64,000 bases of DNA. Origin: the human T2T-CHM13v2.0 reference genome, Homo sapiens. The notes below the pieces were generated by a model, which searched no databases, was not told where the DNA came from, and worked only from the letters and a program-made list of their open reading frames with translations. Location: assembly GCF_009914755.1 (NCBI RefSeq), contig NC_060947.1; one strand, 5' to 3'. The translations under genes and the position numbers were made by a program. Positions within the stretch are counted from its first letter, which is position 1, and the number at the start of each line of letters is the position of its first letter. Below are positions 1 through 13,469 of the stretch, one piece after another.

Positions 1-1237
1 GGCTTTCTCTCCAACTCACTGCCACTAGCTTCCCCCTTGATGGGGACTCTGCCTGCTCCCACGTCCCCAGCTGGAGCCCCCAGCCCTGCTCCCTAATTCC
101 AGCGGGGCAGGCAGCGTGCCCGCATGCCCAATTGATTCTCCCAGCACACACAGGTAATTCATCTCAGCTTCCCTTCCAGGCCCCCACCCCCAGATGTGCT
201 GCCTTCCAAGCAGCCAGAGGCCAGCTCACCCCACCCATATTGCCGGCCAGCTGCAGCCCCTCATTTCCCGGGGAAGAGAGAACTAATAAAGGACAGTCTC
301 TGAGCTGCAGCAACCCCCCCACCCCAATTCTTTCTTGCCGCAGCCGCCCCATAAAACTGAGGGGAGAGATATAAAGGGAGCAAGTGTGAGTGGAGATAGA
401 GTTTCCATCTGAGGAGGGGAGTGGAGAAGTGGGGACGTGTGGCTGGGGCTGTGGGCAGGGCTGAGACAAGAGTGGGCCGAAGCTGGGGCCCAGCAGAGAT
501 CGAAGGCCCCATTCACAGCTGCTTGGGCCCCACTGTCGGCTCTTGAAGAAGTAAGAAGGGGAATATGGTGGTTAGAGGATGTGAGGTGTGCCACAGACTG
601 GTAGGCCTGGTATGGACACTTAGGATGGGCAACCCCGAAGGCCTACTTTCTGCCTTCTTCTTCCCTCCCCCTCCCTGATCCCTCACAGAACCCAGCAGGA
701 GAGCCGGAGCCCTGACCTCCAAACCTAGCTCCACCCCCAACCCTCCGAATGACCTTGATCTGGCTCCTTTAGTCTCTGCAGGCCTCAGTCTCCTCGGCTG
801 GGGAATGGGCTTCAGTACTCCACTCACCACACAACCTACAAGTCTATGAGTTAGGACCAAGATGTGCTATTGGCTGTGCTGTGTGGGAACATGTGGGAAG
901 TGCTCTTGTTCCTTATCCCTGACCTGGCAGGGCCCTTGGGAGAAGGTGGGGTCTTACATGGGTATGTGCCAGGTGCTCTGGAATGGCACTGAGTCTGAAC
1001 TCTGGGGGAGGTAGGCCCTCTTCCGATCTTCCCAAGAGAAGGAGGTGGGCAAATCTTAGGCTATACAACTCTCTTCTGCCTCCCTTACGGGGCTCCTGAT
1101 ATAACAATATTTGTTCAATTCAACAATTGTTCATTGTGTACCTTCTATTTGCCAGGCACTGTTGTAGGAACTGGGGATACAGCAATGAGCAAAACTCAAA
1201 AATCCCTCACCTCCTGCACTTTCTTTTATCTCTATGT

Positions 1238-1886
<649 letters not shown>

Positions 1887-3406
1887 TTGAAGCTGAAGTT
1901 ATAGTGGGGAGAAAGATAAACAATAAACAGGTGAGTCTTCTTTAATAAACCAGAGTTTAGGAAGCAAGGTCAAGCGTCTTTGGGCCACCTTAGGACCTCT
2001 CCTCCCTGACATTGCTGTCAGAAGCCCCATGCACCTCTCCCACAAAAGCTCCTTTGTCAGCACTTGGCCAGTTTCGGCTGGGTTCAGAATTTAAGGGTAG
2101 GATACAATGACCAATCCCTTGTGTCTGGGTTCTGGAAAGAGAGCCAACCACATCCTGGACTTAGAGCATCCTCCTACCCTGCCCACTGGGCTCTGCCTGC
2201 TTGGGAAGGAACAGAGATTCTGCCCTGTGAGTGAAGCCTGAGCTGGCCCTGGCATTGGCCCCATGGCCAATATCAACCTTTCTAGTCACAGAGGGCCTAG
2301 GCAGCTTGGGCCCTCATTACCTGGGTTCACAGCAGGAAGAGCTGTGGATTAGGTGCTGGATGACTAAACTCTAATCTCCTCTTTGCCACTAACTCCCTAG
2401 CAGACAGTGGGCATGAGATTAATCGTTACTTACCTTGGTTATCAGGAATATGGCAAATGCAACCATGTATGAGGAAGTACTTTGCAAACTGTAAGGCTCT
2501 TGCCAGATATGAGAGTTTATTAGTGTCTGTCTTTGCATTTCCCAGGTTTTTGCTCAAAGCAGGACCTCAGTAAGTGCTTAACTGAGTCCTTACATCAGAG
2601 AGCACCCTGCCAGCTCCTCTGCCCAGTGTGCTCATGGCTCAAGGAGCAGAATTGGGGTGAGGATGGTCCAGAACAGTTGATCTTTGCTCAGCAGTTTTTG
2701 CCCTTTTTCTGGACCTGTCATTGCCTGGCTATATGTCCTGGGCCAAATCCTTTGACTTCTTGGAGCTCAGGGTCCTTGTCTTTCAAGCAGGAAGAAGAGT
2801 CTCCTGCTCTGCCTCCCCCTGAGGTTTCTAGTGAGGATCAAATCAGACACTATCAATCAGAGCACTTGGCCAGTTGTATAGTGGGAAACAGATGACACCA
2901 ACTCCCAGGCCCACAGGGCCAACAGAGCACCAGGACCATACCTTCCTCCCAGCAGCCCTGATGTTTAATTGAGATGGTTATTCCCAGGGCCTGACTCAGG
3001 AGGGGCCTAGCATGGGGGAAGGGGATTTCCCAAGCAGAGCCAGGCCTGGTGCCGCCAGTCCCCTTGTCCACCCTCCCATCCCTGCCTCTACTCAGCTTGG
3101 CTCCCTGACACGAGTCTGGTGCTATGAAAGCGTCACCTGAGCCTCTTCCAGATGCCCCTGCTCACTCCAGGGAGGGGTGGGGTGATGATCTTTCTCAGCT
3201 GTCACAGGAGGGGTAGAGAGTGAGAGAGAGAAATTCACAGAGGGTGCAAGATCCAGACACCAAGAAGAGGAAGCCCCAGCAACTGAGAGGAAGAAAGAAG
3301 GAGAAAGAGAGGAAAAGATGTGGAAAAACAGAAACCGTGTGAGAGGTGCAGAGAGGCAGTGGATACCAAGACTAAGGGAATGAGAGCATTGGGAGAGGCT
3401 GGCATT

Positions 3407-3407
3407 T

Positions 3408-3462
<55 letters not shown>
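3407..3462. repeat. Compound microsatellite (TG)13(AG)15
   Basis: Read directly. Confidence 0.97.
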
Positions 3463-3466
<4 letters not shown>

Positions 3467-5248
3467 AGACTAACAGATGAGAGTGAGACAAAGACCTAAA
3501 GGAATATCACACACTGATATTATGTGTGACAGAGGCAGACAAAAACAGAGAGATAGTAAGAGTGGGAGAGAGCCTGCGAGACACTTGTGCAATGGAGAGA
3601 GAGAGAGTGTGTGCATGAGAGCCCAAGTGAGTGTGAATATTGCTATCAACCAGAGGCAGAAAGCAACTAAGACAGTTTTCCTTCTGCTGCTCCCTACCAA
3701 GGTGCAGGAGAACAGTGCAGGACTGGGGGAGGCAGGCCTGGGCTGAGTCCCATGGTGTGGGGGAGTTAGGTGTGGTGGGGGGATATCCCAAAGTTCCTGA
3801 CTCCCCCAGCCAGGAGAAGCCCCTGGGACTTTGCTGTCCCAGCCCCTTGCTACTTCAGAGGGAAGCTGAGACAGTGCTAGAAAGGAGACGGACCCTCAGG
3901 GTAGAGTGGGGCAGAGGGCTACCTGGCTGGCTTCAAACCTAGAGTTGGGCCTTTCCCTTTCTGGGGCCTCAGTAGGCCTTTCTGTACAGTGGGTGTCTCT
4001 GGGGGAGGATGGTGGGTGGGTGGGGGAGTGGATTTAATAATCTCTTCCAGCTCAAATGTTCTAGGATTCATCTAAGGAAAGGGAGGAGAAAATGGGACCC
4101 CTAAATCTACAGAACCCCACAGGCTGATAATTTTGTCTCCGTATGGATATTTTTCTGCAGAGAAGGTTAAGAAGTTAGATTCTCCGTTCCTAAGGGCAAC
4201 ACAGAGGGGTGTCTGGGAGGGGCGATCTAGGGAAGCTCTACAGAAGGCCTGCTTGGCTCTGTGCAGTAGGAGGCTCCCTGATCCCCAAGGGGTGGAGGAG
4301 AGCATAGCTTGCCTGCAGGCAGGGGAATCTGCAGGATTGCCTGCTGGGGTCCCTGCCAGGCAGCTTATAGGCTTTTTTGAGAGTCGTTGGGCAGGGTTTG
4401 GGTACCCTCGTGGCTGTGCCGCCTCCAGACAACCTGGGACTTCTCTCAGGCCTGGGGTCTGGCTGCTGTGGGGCACAGGCTTGCCCCCTGCCCTGGGCTG
4501 CCCTGATCTGCTGCCTGTCCTAGCAATTGAGACCTCAGTCAGCAGGGTAAAGGAAGATGGCGAGGGCTGGTGTTGGTTGCCAGGAGTGGGCCAGCTGAGG
4601 AGGGCTTAAGAGCTATACCACAGCCCCATTGTCTTGCCGTACTGCTGGAGTGGGGCCCCATCGGGATTATGCAACTGCTGCCCTGAGCACCATGGACCTG
4701 GAGTGTGGTAACAAAGACAACAAAGCTTTGCCTGGCTGGTGGGTGTGTGTGAGTGTAGGGGAGTGAAATGGGGGTAGCCTTGTGCAGGTTTTTCCATGTT
4801 CTGTGCTTCCTCCTCCTTACCTCACTTTGCAGGCCTGCCTTTCACTCTCCTAGAGTCCACAGGATCTTATCCTCAGGGTGGAGGCTGCTCGTGGTCCAGT
4901 GGGCAGGCCTTGCCTGGGGCTTGAAGGCTTTGCCCAGCCCAGGAGCCTCGCCCGTCCCTAGCTCCATGGCATAGAGGTCTGACCTGGTCACGACACTTAT
5001 TTTCCAGATTGATAAACTGAGGCCACAAAGAGGTCCCAGCCACATCCTCCCTTCAGTTGTTCTGTTTGAGTCTAAGGGCCCCATCCAGTGCTTGCTTGCA
5101 TCCTGGTGGCTTTGTCTGGGGATAAAGATGCCAGTTCCTTCACCTTTGTTCTCCATCTGCCTTGAGGGATCATGTAGCCAGGAGGAAGTGTGGCCATGAT
5201 CGAGCCTCTGTACCTGTCTCCAAATCTGCTGATTTTCTTGGTTGGTGG

Positions 5249-5286
5249 TTTCTTTTCCTTTCTTTTCTTTTCTTTTCTTTTCCTTT

Positions 5287-5346
<60 letters not shown>

Positions 5347-5368
5347 TCCTTTCTTTCTCTTTCTTTTC

Positions 5369-5419
<51 letters not shown>

Positions 5420-5440
5420 TCCTTCCTTTCTTTCTCTTTC

Positions 5441-5515
<75 letters not shown>

Positions 5516-5577
5516 CTTTCTCTCTCTCTTTCTTTCTCTTTCTCTCTCTCTTTTTTTTCTTTTTTCTTTTTTTTTTT
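5249..5577. repeat. 329-nt pure pyrimidine (TTTC)n-based complex microsatellite
   Basis: Only C/T across the interval. Confidence 0.97.
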
Positions 5578-5824
5578 GGCCCGGGAAGAGGGGAAATGAT
5601 AAAAGTAATGCACACTCTCCATAGAAGATTTGAAAACCACAGAAGAGTATTACTAAGAAAATAAAACCTATAATCCCACTAACCAGGGAAAATCACTGTT
5701 AACTTTTTGGTATCTACATACACACACACACTTCTCCTTTTTATACATGAGATCACACTGGCTATCTTTTTTTTTTTTTAAATTGTGCTAAAACAATTTA
5801 TCACATAAAAACACATAACATGAG

Positions 5825-6157
<333 letters not shown>

Positions 6158-6500
6158 TTAAGTGTACAGTACAGTATTGTTAACTATGAGCACTGTGTTG
6201 TGCAGCAGATCTCTAGAACTTTTCCATCTTGCATGACTGAAACTTTATACCCACTGAACAGTAACTCCCCATTGCCCCCTCCCCCCAGTCCCTGGTAACC
6301 ACCATTCATTCTACTTTCTGCTTCTATGAGTTTGACTATTTTAGATACCTCATATACATGGAATTGTGCAGTATTTGTCCTGTGACTAGCTTATTTCACT
6401 TACCATAGTGTCCTCCTCGTTTATCCATGTTGTGTCATATGACAGGATTTTCTTCTTTTTAAAGGCTGAATAATATTCCATTATATATAAATATATATAT

Positions 6501-6759
6501 AGGCCTGAGCAAGTTCCTTCCCCTCTCTCTGGCTTCAGTTTCTTACATGTACTATGGGGGATGGTACCAGATGTTGCCTTTCAGCTCTGATTTTCTTGAG
6601 GTCTCTGTGAATAGAGGTAGAAGGAAGGTGGGTGCTATGGACTGAGTGTCTGTGCCTGCCCCCCACCCCCGCCGCCCTACCACCAATTCCTATGCTGAAA
6701 CCCTAATCCCCAATGTGATCAATGTGATGGTATTTGGAGGTGGGCCCTTGGGAGGCGAT
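6501..6759 (+). repeat. Dispersed ~260-bp duplicate of 7775-8026 inside a (TA)n tract
   Basis: Colinear match of roughly 90% by eye, flanked on both sides by TA repeats within the L1. Confidence 0.95.
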
Positions 6760-7499
6760 ATATATATATATATATTTATTTATATATATATATTTATATA
6801 TATGTGTATATATATAAATGTGTTATATATATATATCACATTTTCTTTATCCATTCATCCATTGATGGGCACTTAGGTTGATTTCATATCTTGGCTATTG
6901 TACATAATGCAGTGAATGTGGGGGTGCAGATCTCTCTTTGAGGTATTGCTTTCATTTCCTTTCAGTATATACCCACAAGTGGGATTGCTGGATTTTCTAG
7001 ATTATATGGTAGTTCTACTTGTAATTTTTTTAGTAGCTTCCATACTGTTTTTCAAAGTGGCTGTACTAATTTACATTCCCGCCAACCATGTACGTAAGTG
7101 TTCCCTTTTCTCCACATCTTTGCCAACACTTGTTATCTCTCGGTTATTTTTTTTATAATAGTCATTCTAATGGATGTGGGGTGATATCTCATTGTGGTTG
7201 TGATTTGCATTCCCCTGATGATGAGTGACATTGAACACCATTGTATGTACCTGGTGGCCATTTGCATGTCTTATTCTATCCATTCTGTTTTGTATCTTGA
7301 GTTTCCCACATATCAGTGAGCTGTAAGCATTTCTCCATATCATTAAATATTATTTGCACTGCCCCTTCCTTCATCCTAAAGGCAGGGACCTGAACTGGGA
7401 GAGCCTCAAAGTCCTGCCAGGCTTCTGTCGGTGCCTGGTGCATCAGCAGTTCTGCCGGCCTGGCATGGGTAGAGATGGAAACAAATCCAGAAGAGTCAC

Positions 7500-7760
7500 T
7501 GGAGTAGTAATAGGAGTCTAAACTTAGGTTGTGGTAGACAATCCTAGTTTCAAATCCAGATTTTGCCACTTCCAGGCTACCAGGCTCTGAGCCAATCAAT
7601 TTCCCTAGCCAGTCAGTTTCCCTCTGAACCCTGGCTTCCCCATCTGTAAAATAGGGATAGTAGAATCTATTTCATGGTCCTTTTGTGTGGCCTCACTAAG
7701 CTAATGGATGTCAGGACTTGACCCACAAGGAGTCCCCTGTGAAGATCATCTATTATTATT
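7500..7760 (+). mobile_element. MIR SINE
   Basis: TTTCAAATCCAGATTTTGCCACTT...CTTCCCCATCTGTAAAATAGGGATAGTAG core. Confidence 0.8.
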
Positions 7761-7907
7761 GTGAGAATGTCAGGAGGCCCGAGTAAGTTCCTTTTCCTCT
7801 CTCTGGCTTCAATTTCTTCATGTGTACTATGGGGGATTGTACCGGATGTTGCTTTTCAGCTCTGATTTTCTTGAGGTCTCTGTGAATAGAGGTAGAAGGA
7901 AGGTGGG

Positions 7908-8273
7908 TGCTATGGACTGAATGTCAATGCCTGCCCCTCCACCCCCGCCGCCCTACCACCAATTCCTACGTTGAAACCCTAATCCCCAGTGTGATGGTAT
8001 TTGGAGGTGGGCCTTTGGGAGGTGATTAGGTCCTAAGGGTAGAGCCCTCATGGTGGGATTAGTGCCCTTATAAAACATACAAGACAGCTTACTTCTTTAC
8101 TCTCTGCTCTTTGCCGTGGGAGCACACAATGAGACAACCCTCACCAGACACCGAATCTGTGAGCACCATGATCTTGTACTTCTCAGCTTCTAGAACTGTG
8201 AGAAATAAATGTCTGTCATTGAAGTCACCCAGTCTATGGTATTCTGTTACAGCAGCCTCAGTGGACTAAGATT
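7908..8273 (+). mobile_element. MLT1A-type MaLR solo LTR with 5-bp TSD
   Basis: TGCTATGGACTGAATGT...GGGAGGTGATTAGG...CTAGAACTGTGAGAAATAAAT...GGACTAAGA; GTGGG at 7903-7907 and 8274-8278. Confidence 0.9.
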
Positions 8274-10049
8274 GTGGGTATTAGCCACAGAGGAGCCACA
8301 AACTCCTCCTCTGACCTCTTTCTCTATTCAGTGATCAGTCCTTTCCTCCAGCAGACCCCTTTTCCCTGGGGTAGAGGCCCAGATAGACCCTCATCTGGCC
8401 TTGACTTGGTGTGGCCTCTGGCCAGAGTGGGGCTAGGCTGAGCTGCACTACTACAGAGAGCACTGCTGTGGTCCTGGGATGCATCCATCAACACCCTGGA
8501 GAACATGAGCATCTGATTGTGGCACCTGTGGGGAGAGTCACAGGGAAGGGAAGACCAGGCCCCTGGAGGCTGGGATTGAGCAGAACTGGGCTCACCTCAC
8601 CCCAGTTCAGAACCAGTTACCCAATTCAGCTTTATAAAGACACAGACAGCATCTAATATGGGGTTCCTGCCAGCTCTCCTCCCATTGCAAGATGGTGAGA
8701 TGGGGGCTCAGAGAAGGCAAGGCATTTACCTAAGGTCACACAGCTAGTCAATAACACAGCAAGTATTCAAAGGACAACTATAACTCCTCCAGGCAGTGGG
8801 GTTGCAATCCTTGATCCCACCTCCCAGGAGATCTTTTCTACTGTAACCCTACCCACTAAGGTCAATCCTTGAGACTGGCTCTCCTCTGGCCTGCAGGAAG
8901 AACTCAACCATTGGAGGTGTGGGATGGGGGGCTTGGAAAATACTGAATTCAATTCTTCCCATTGTACAGATGGAGACACTGAGGCCAGGAAGGGAGAAAG
9001 GATCAGTCCACACTGCCCGTTTCTTCCATGTCATTGGGTAGGATGCAAAGATTAGTTCTCCTAGCCTCTCTGGAGATTATGGGTAAGTAGATCCAGAAGA
9101 TACCTGGGATATAAGTTAGAAAGAGGGTGAATATCCTGGCAAGGCTCTGAGCTCATAGAACCTTAGGGTGTCAGAGCAGAAAGAAACCATGAGAAGTCAT
9201 TCTAAGCCAAAAGTTTGAAGACTATTTTTAGCCACATAAACTGCATAGCTTGACACCTAAGTAGAGAACCCAACTCCCCCATTCTCTTTCAGAGCATCCT
9301 CAGACAAACCTGCAGAGAGACCCGGCTGGCTTAACAAAGAGGGAGTGGCTGGCTCAAGGTCTCATAAAGAGGCATCAGTTTGCCCATTTTGGTGTCCTTC
9401 CTAGTTTGCACACTGCCCTTCAGTTAGTCCCCAGTGGTCTCCCCACCCCCTGCAGAAATGCAAGCTCTCTGGAACTCGAGCTAACAGTTTCTTTAGTATC
9501 TCTACTCACCCCCTGCATGTGTTATGCTAGGGTCTCAGCTCTGTGTTGGTTGTCTGAGTCTGAGTGGACCAAGAGATGGCAGGCAGCGAAGGGGAAGGGC
9601 AAAGCAGCTGGCAGAGCCATAGCCCAGGGCCCCGACAGCTGTGGCCATCTGTGTCTAGACACTGGACAAGCTCTACCTCCAATAGCGGTGACGTAGGGCC
9701 TTTCCTAGGCAGCCACTGTGTGTCTAGGAGTTGCTCAGAGGACTATGCCCATTGTCTTTAGGCCACAAGATGAAGTAGAAGGGGAGAGGCTGGTCCATCC
9801 AGCCCCCATGTCTGGGGCTCACAGACCTTTGTGAAGTCCAGGCAGATGGTGGTGGGAACTGCTGACATTAAAAGCCAAACCTGGGGTGGGGAATTCTACA
9901 GCCTCCTGGGTTCACAGGTCCAGGTGGGAAGCTTTTCATTGCTCAACCAACTTTATTCAGCTGCCATTTTTGAGAATTCCTTCTTGGAACCCAGGAGTAG
10001 CTAGTCCCCTCTCTCTGGATGATATTAGAGGCAGAAAAGGAGAATAAAG

Positions 10050-10195
10050 TTAATGAATTGAGCACCTAATATGTGCCAGGTGTTATGCTAGGTGCATCTC
10101 TCACATGATTTTATTTAATCCTCAATCCCATGAGGCAGGTGAGATTGTCACCTTTTATAGATGAATTAACCAAAGTTGAGAAAGGTTGAGCATCC
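10050..10195 (-). mobile_element. MIR SINE fragment
   Basis: TTGAGCACCTAATATGTGCCAGG...ATTTAATCCTCA...TTTTATAGATGAA. Confidence 0.8.
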
Positions 10196-13100
10196 TTGTC
10201 TGGGACCCCCTTAAGCCCCTCCTTTCCGGTCCCCCCTTAAGCTCTCAGACCCTCCCCCTTTAAGCTCTCAGACCCCTTAAGCTGCATGGAGGAAAGTGGA
10301 TTGGGAGGTGCAGAAAGGGGCTGGGGGAACAGCAGAAGCAGGCCTGGAGGATGCAGAGTGCCATCCCCAGCCTGAGGAACTGGAACTCCCTGCTTAGCCC
10401 CCTGCAGTGGTTGGGAGCAGCTCCAGAGAAACCTTTTGGGAATAGAGAAATTCATTAGCGGATATGCAAGTCCCAAACCGATTAACGATTTATACCATGG
10501 GCTCAAACGGCAGGTGGCTTAGGTTTATTATCTGATTTAGCCCAAAGGCCACCCAGTTCCACCCCTCCCTCCTTCTTTCCCTTCTTCCTGCGATCCTCAG
10601 ACCCACTCAGCCTGACTTGTCCTGAGCCTTTCCTTTAATCCCCGAAGCCTCAGCCAGTTCCCAGGAGGGAACATGCTGGGGATGGTAGTGGAGGGGAATG
10701 ATGGGTGGCAGGGTGCCAGGATTACCTTCTGAGCAGCAGGTCCATTTTTAAATCCAAGCTTTGTTCATTTCAGGGACCAAAGAGGACTTCATTTCCATTT
10801 GGGGGCAGGGTAAAAGGAAAGAGAGTGGGGTACTGCAGCAGGAAGGATGGAGGATCCATATCAAGGGGAACTTCCGGTGTGATCAAGCTTTGATTCCAGG
10901 GCCAGTATGAATGCACTGCTCGGCTGTGGGAAAAGGGCTGGGATGGAAATGACACAGGCTGGGCCTGCAGCCAATGGGAACTTCCCTACAGAAGATGCCA
11001 CTTAAAAGTGTTATTAAACCCTCAGGACTTTTAAAGCAGAGAACAAGGTAACTATGAACACTCTTTAAAGTGATATTGAGAGTTCCCAAGAGAGTTCTGT
11101 GTCTTTCTCACTTCCCTCTGCCTTGGGATGCAGACACGTGTCTACCCCAATGTCCCCCTCTCCTCCCCAGCTCCTGCTCTGTCCTCTAGCCTAGTCCCCT
11201 ACCCATCTTGGGTTCTGAGTCAAGGGGCCAGCATTTATTTCTCAGTTTCTCTGGAGTGAAGACAGATGATGAGCCTGGGTCTATCTGCCTCAGCTGGGTT
11301 CTACCATGTGGGGAGTAAGAGGCTATGGTGGGCCTGAGCTCCCATCTCTCATCAGCAGTGTCAGCCCTGGGCTGGGAACGTTCCTAGGTTCCATTAGCTC
11401 CAGGCTAGTAGGCAGGAAATTAGGTAGATTGACCCCACCCCTGCAATGCTGAGCTCTGATCTTAGGGATACAGGTGGAAACGTCACTCAGCTAGCCCTTG
11501 CCCAGATCTGATGTGACTTCCCTATTTCCCATGGGGCCTCCAGTTCTCCAGGGCAGAAGATTCCAGAGTCCACTTGGATTGCTGCTCCTGTGGGGAGTCC
11601 TACCTTCAGGAAGTTATTCCTGGTGTCTGACCTCAAGCCTTACTGGTATAACCAACTCATTTTTTTTTTTCCTATTGTGTCTAAAGAATTGTGAGGGGGA
11701 GTTTTCTTGTTTAAGATCAAACTGCGAGTAGAGCTCAGAAGATTGGGAAACACAGGCTGCACTAGGAAGCCTGAAGAGGCTCAGAGTCTGCAGGAGTGGG
11801 AGCTGAGGTGACTGGCCCCTCCCTCCTAGCTGCCTTTGAGGTTCCTGTCCCAGCTCCATGAAAAGAGGTCTCATGGGGTGATGGGAAAGGGCTTGGTGCA
11901 GCCTCTTCCTAGCTGTGTGACCTTGAATGGAGCTAGTCCTGGAGCCCTGGTCATTTGCCTCCTGGTTCAGGGGTCTGTCACAATCTCTCATGGCAGTGTT
12001 AGTTTCACCTGTTAGTCAATTATTCAGCTGAGTGCTGTGTGCCTATCCCAGAACTAGGCACTACTGGGGGTGGGGATGGCACTGCCAGGAATGTGACTCA
12101 TGTGGCCAGACCCTACCCCTCAGAGGCTCCCAGCCCATTAGCCCTTCCTAGCCTAACCTCCTCCTCAGTAAACAACCTGGGCTGGGGCTGGGGGCTGGGG
12201 GTCCTGCCAACCCAACTGAATTAGGTAATTAAAATCTCTCCTCTCCCCCTGACAGATGACCTCTAAGGTCCGTTCCAGCCCTATGATTCTATGATTCCAG
12301 CTGGGGGTATCCAATTAACCCTTGTCATGCTTGCCTGGGCTTCGTGGGCTGTGAGGTGGGAGGGTTGGAGACGCAGAGGTCTGGGGAAGGCCCATTCTCA
12401 GCACATACCAGGATGCTCCACCTCCTTCTTCCCCTCTTCTCCCCTCCCCACCTCCCTGCCATGCCAGGGTGGTGGTCCTGGAGTTACAGTTGCCAGAGTA
12501 AGGACAGGGCTACTGGTGGATTTGGCTCTGGGGTACTGCCTCTCTCCAGCCAGGGCTAAAGGACAAGTGACAGACCAGCTGTGGCTTTGCATAGTATCTG
12601 CCTGGCTCTTTGTCAAGGCCCAGGCAGAATATATTTCCCAAGGAAGGCCTTGAAGGACTGAGGCACTGCTAGATGGGAGCTTTGTAAGCAAGACAGGGTG
12701 GGAGCAGGATCACTGGTCAGTCAACAGGCCATCAAGAAACCCTGGGTCCTGGACCATGTGTTCCCACTCACCCAATTCTAGTGCACAGCAGCCTCCTTCT
12801 GGGGGTACATTCTGTCCATTCTTCAGGGGCATGAAATTTGGGTGAGGGTTGAATTCCAACTCAGGATGGTGGTGGAGTTATATAGACGTGGTGATTGTCA
12901 GAGCTGATGTGTGCCTTAGAGACTGCCATAAACAGGCACCTTATGGGCCACTTAAGACCCTCAAAGTGTTTTCTTTGGCTCACACAGTGCCTACATTAAT
13001 AAGAAATGAGCTGCCATCACTTAAAATTCAGAGTTTGATGTAAAAATTCAGATTTATAACTTCTAAAAAAATCTGAATTTCTAGTAATACCAAGCTCACA

Positions 13101-13199
13101 TTCTCGCAGGGCAACCGACAGCTGGAGCTGAGCGACAGCTGTCTCCTGAGCCAGGGCACATGCTCTTTGCTTCTTCATGATCCCCACCTGCCTGAGTTT

Positions 13200-13315
13200 G
13201 CCCTTCATGTGGCAAATGGGGAAACTGAGGCCCAGAGAGAAAGGCGGGCACTTGCCCAAGGTCACTCAGCCCAGGTCGGGGACAGAGCCAATATTTGAAC
13301 CCAGGCCTCCTGCCT
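13200..13315 (-). mobile_element. MIR core fragment
   Basis: CAAATGGGGAAACTGAGGCCCAGAGAG...ACTTGCCCAAGGTCACTCAGC...TTTGAACCCAGG. Confidence 0.85.
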
Positions 13316-13469
13316 GCTGGCCAACCCCAGACCCTTTCCCCATCCTCCTCCTCCCCAGACCTCTGCCACGGGGCCACAAGGCTCCTCTGTCAGAACCAGC
13401 CCCCTGCGTTCCCAAGGCCTGACAGCCTCTGTGGCCAGCCTTTGTCCAGCCACCTTCCTGTGTAGCCCC

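Noticed and set aside
4682-4702. RE1-like TGAGCACCATGGACC
   Set aside because: Mismatches at key positions of both half-sites
4842-5664. Long K/E/R-rich and F/L/S-rich ORFs
   Set aside because: Translations of the (TTTC)n microsatellite; the same applies at 34592-35114
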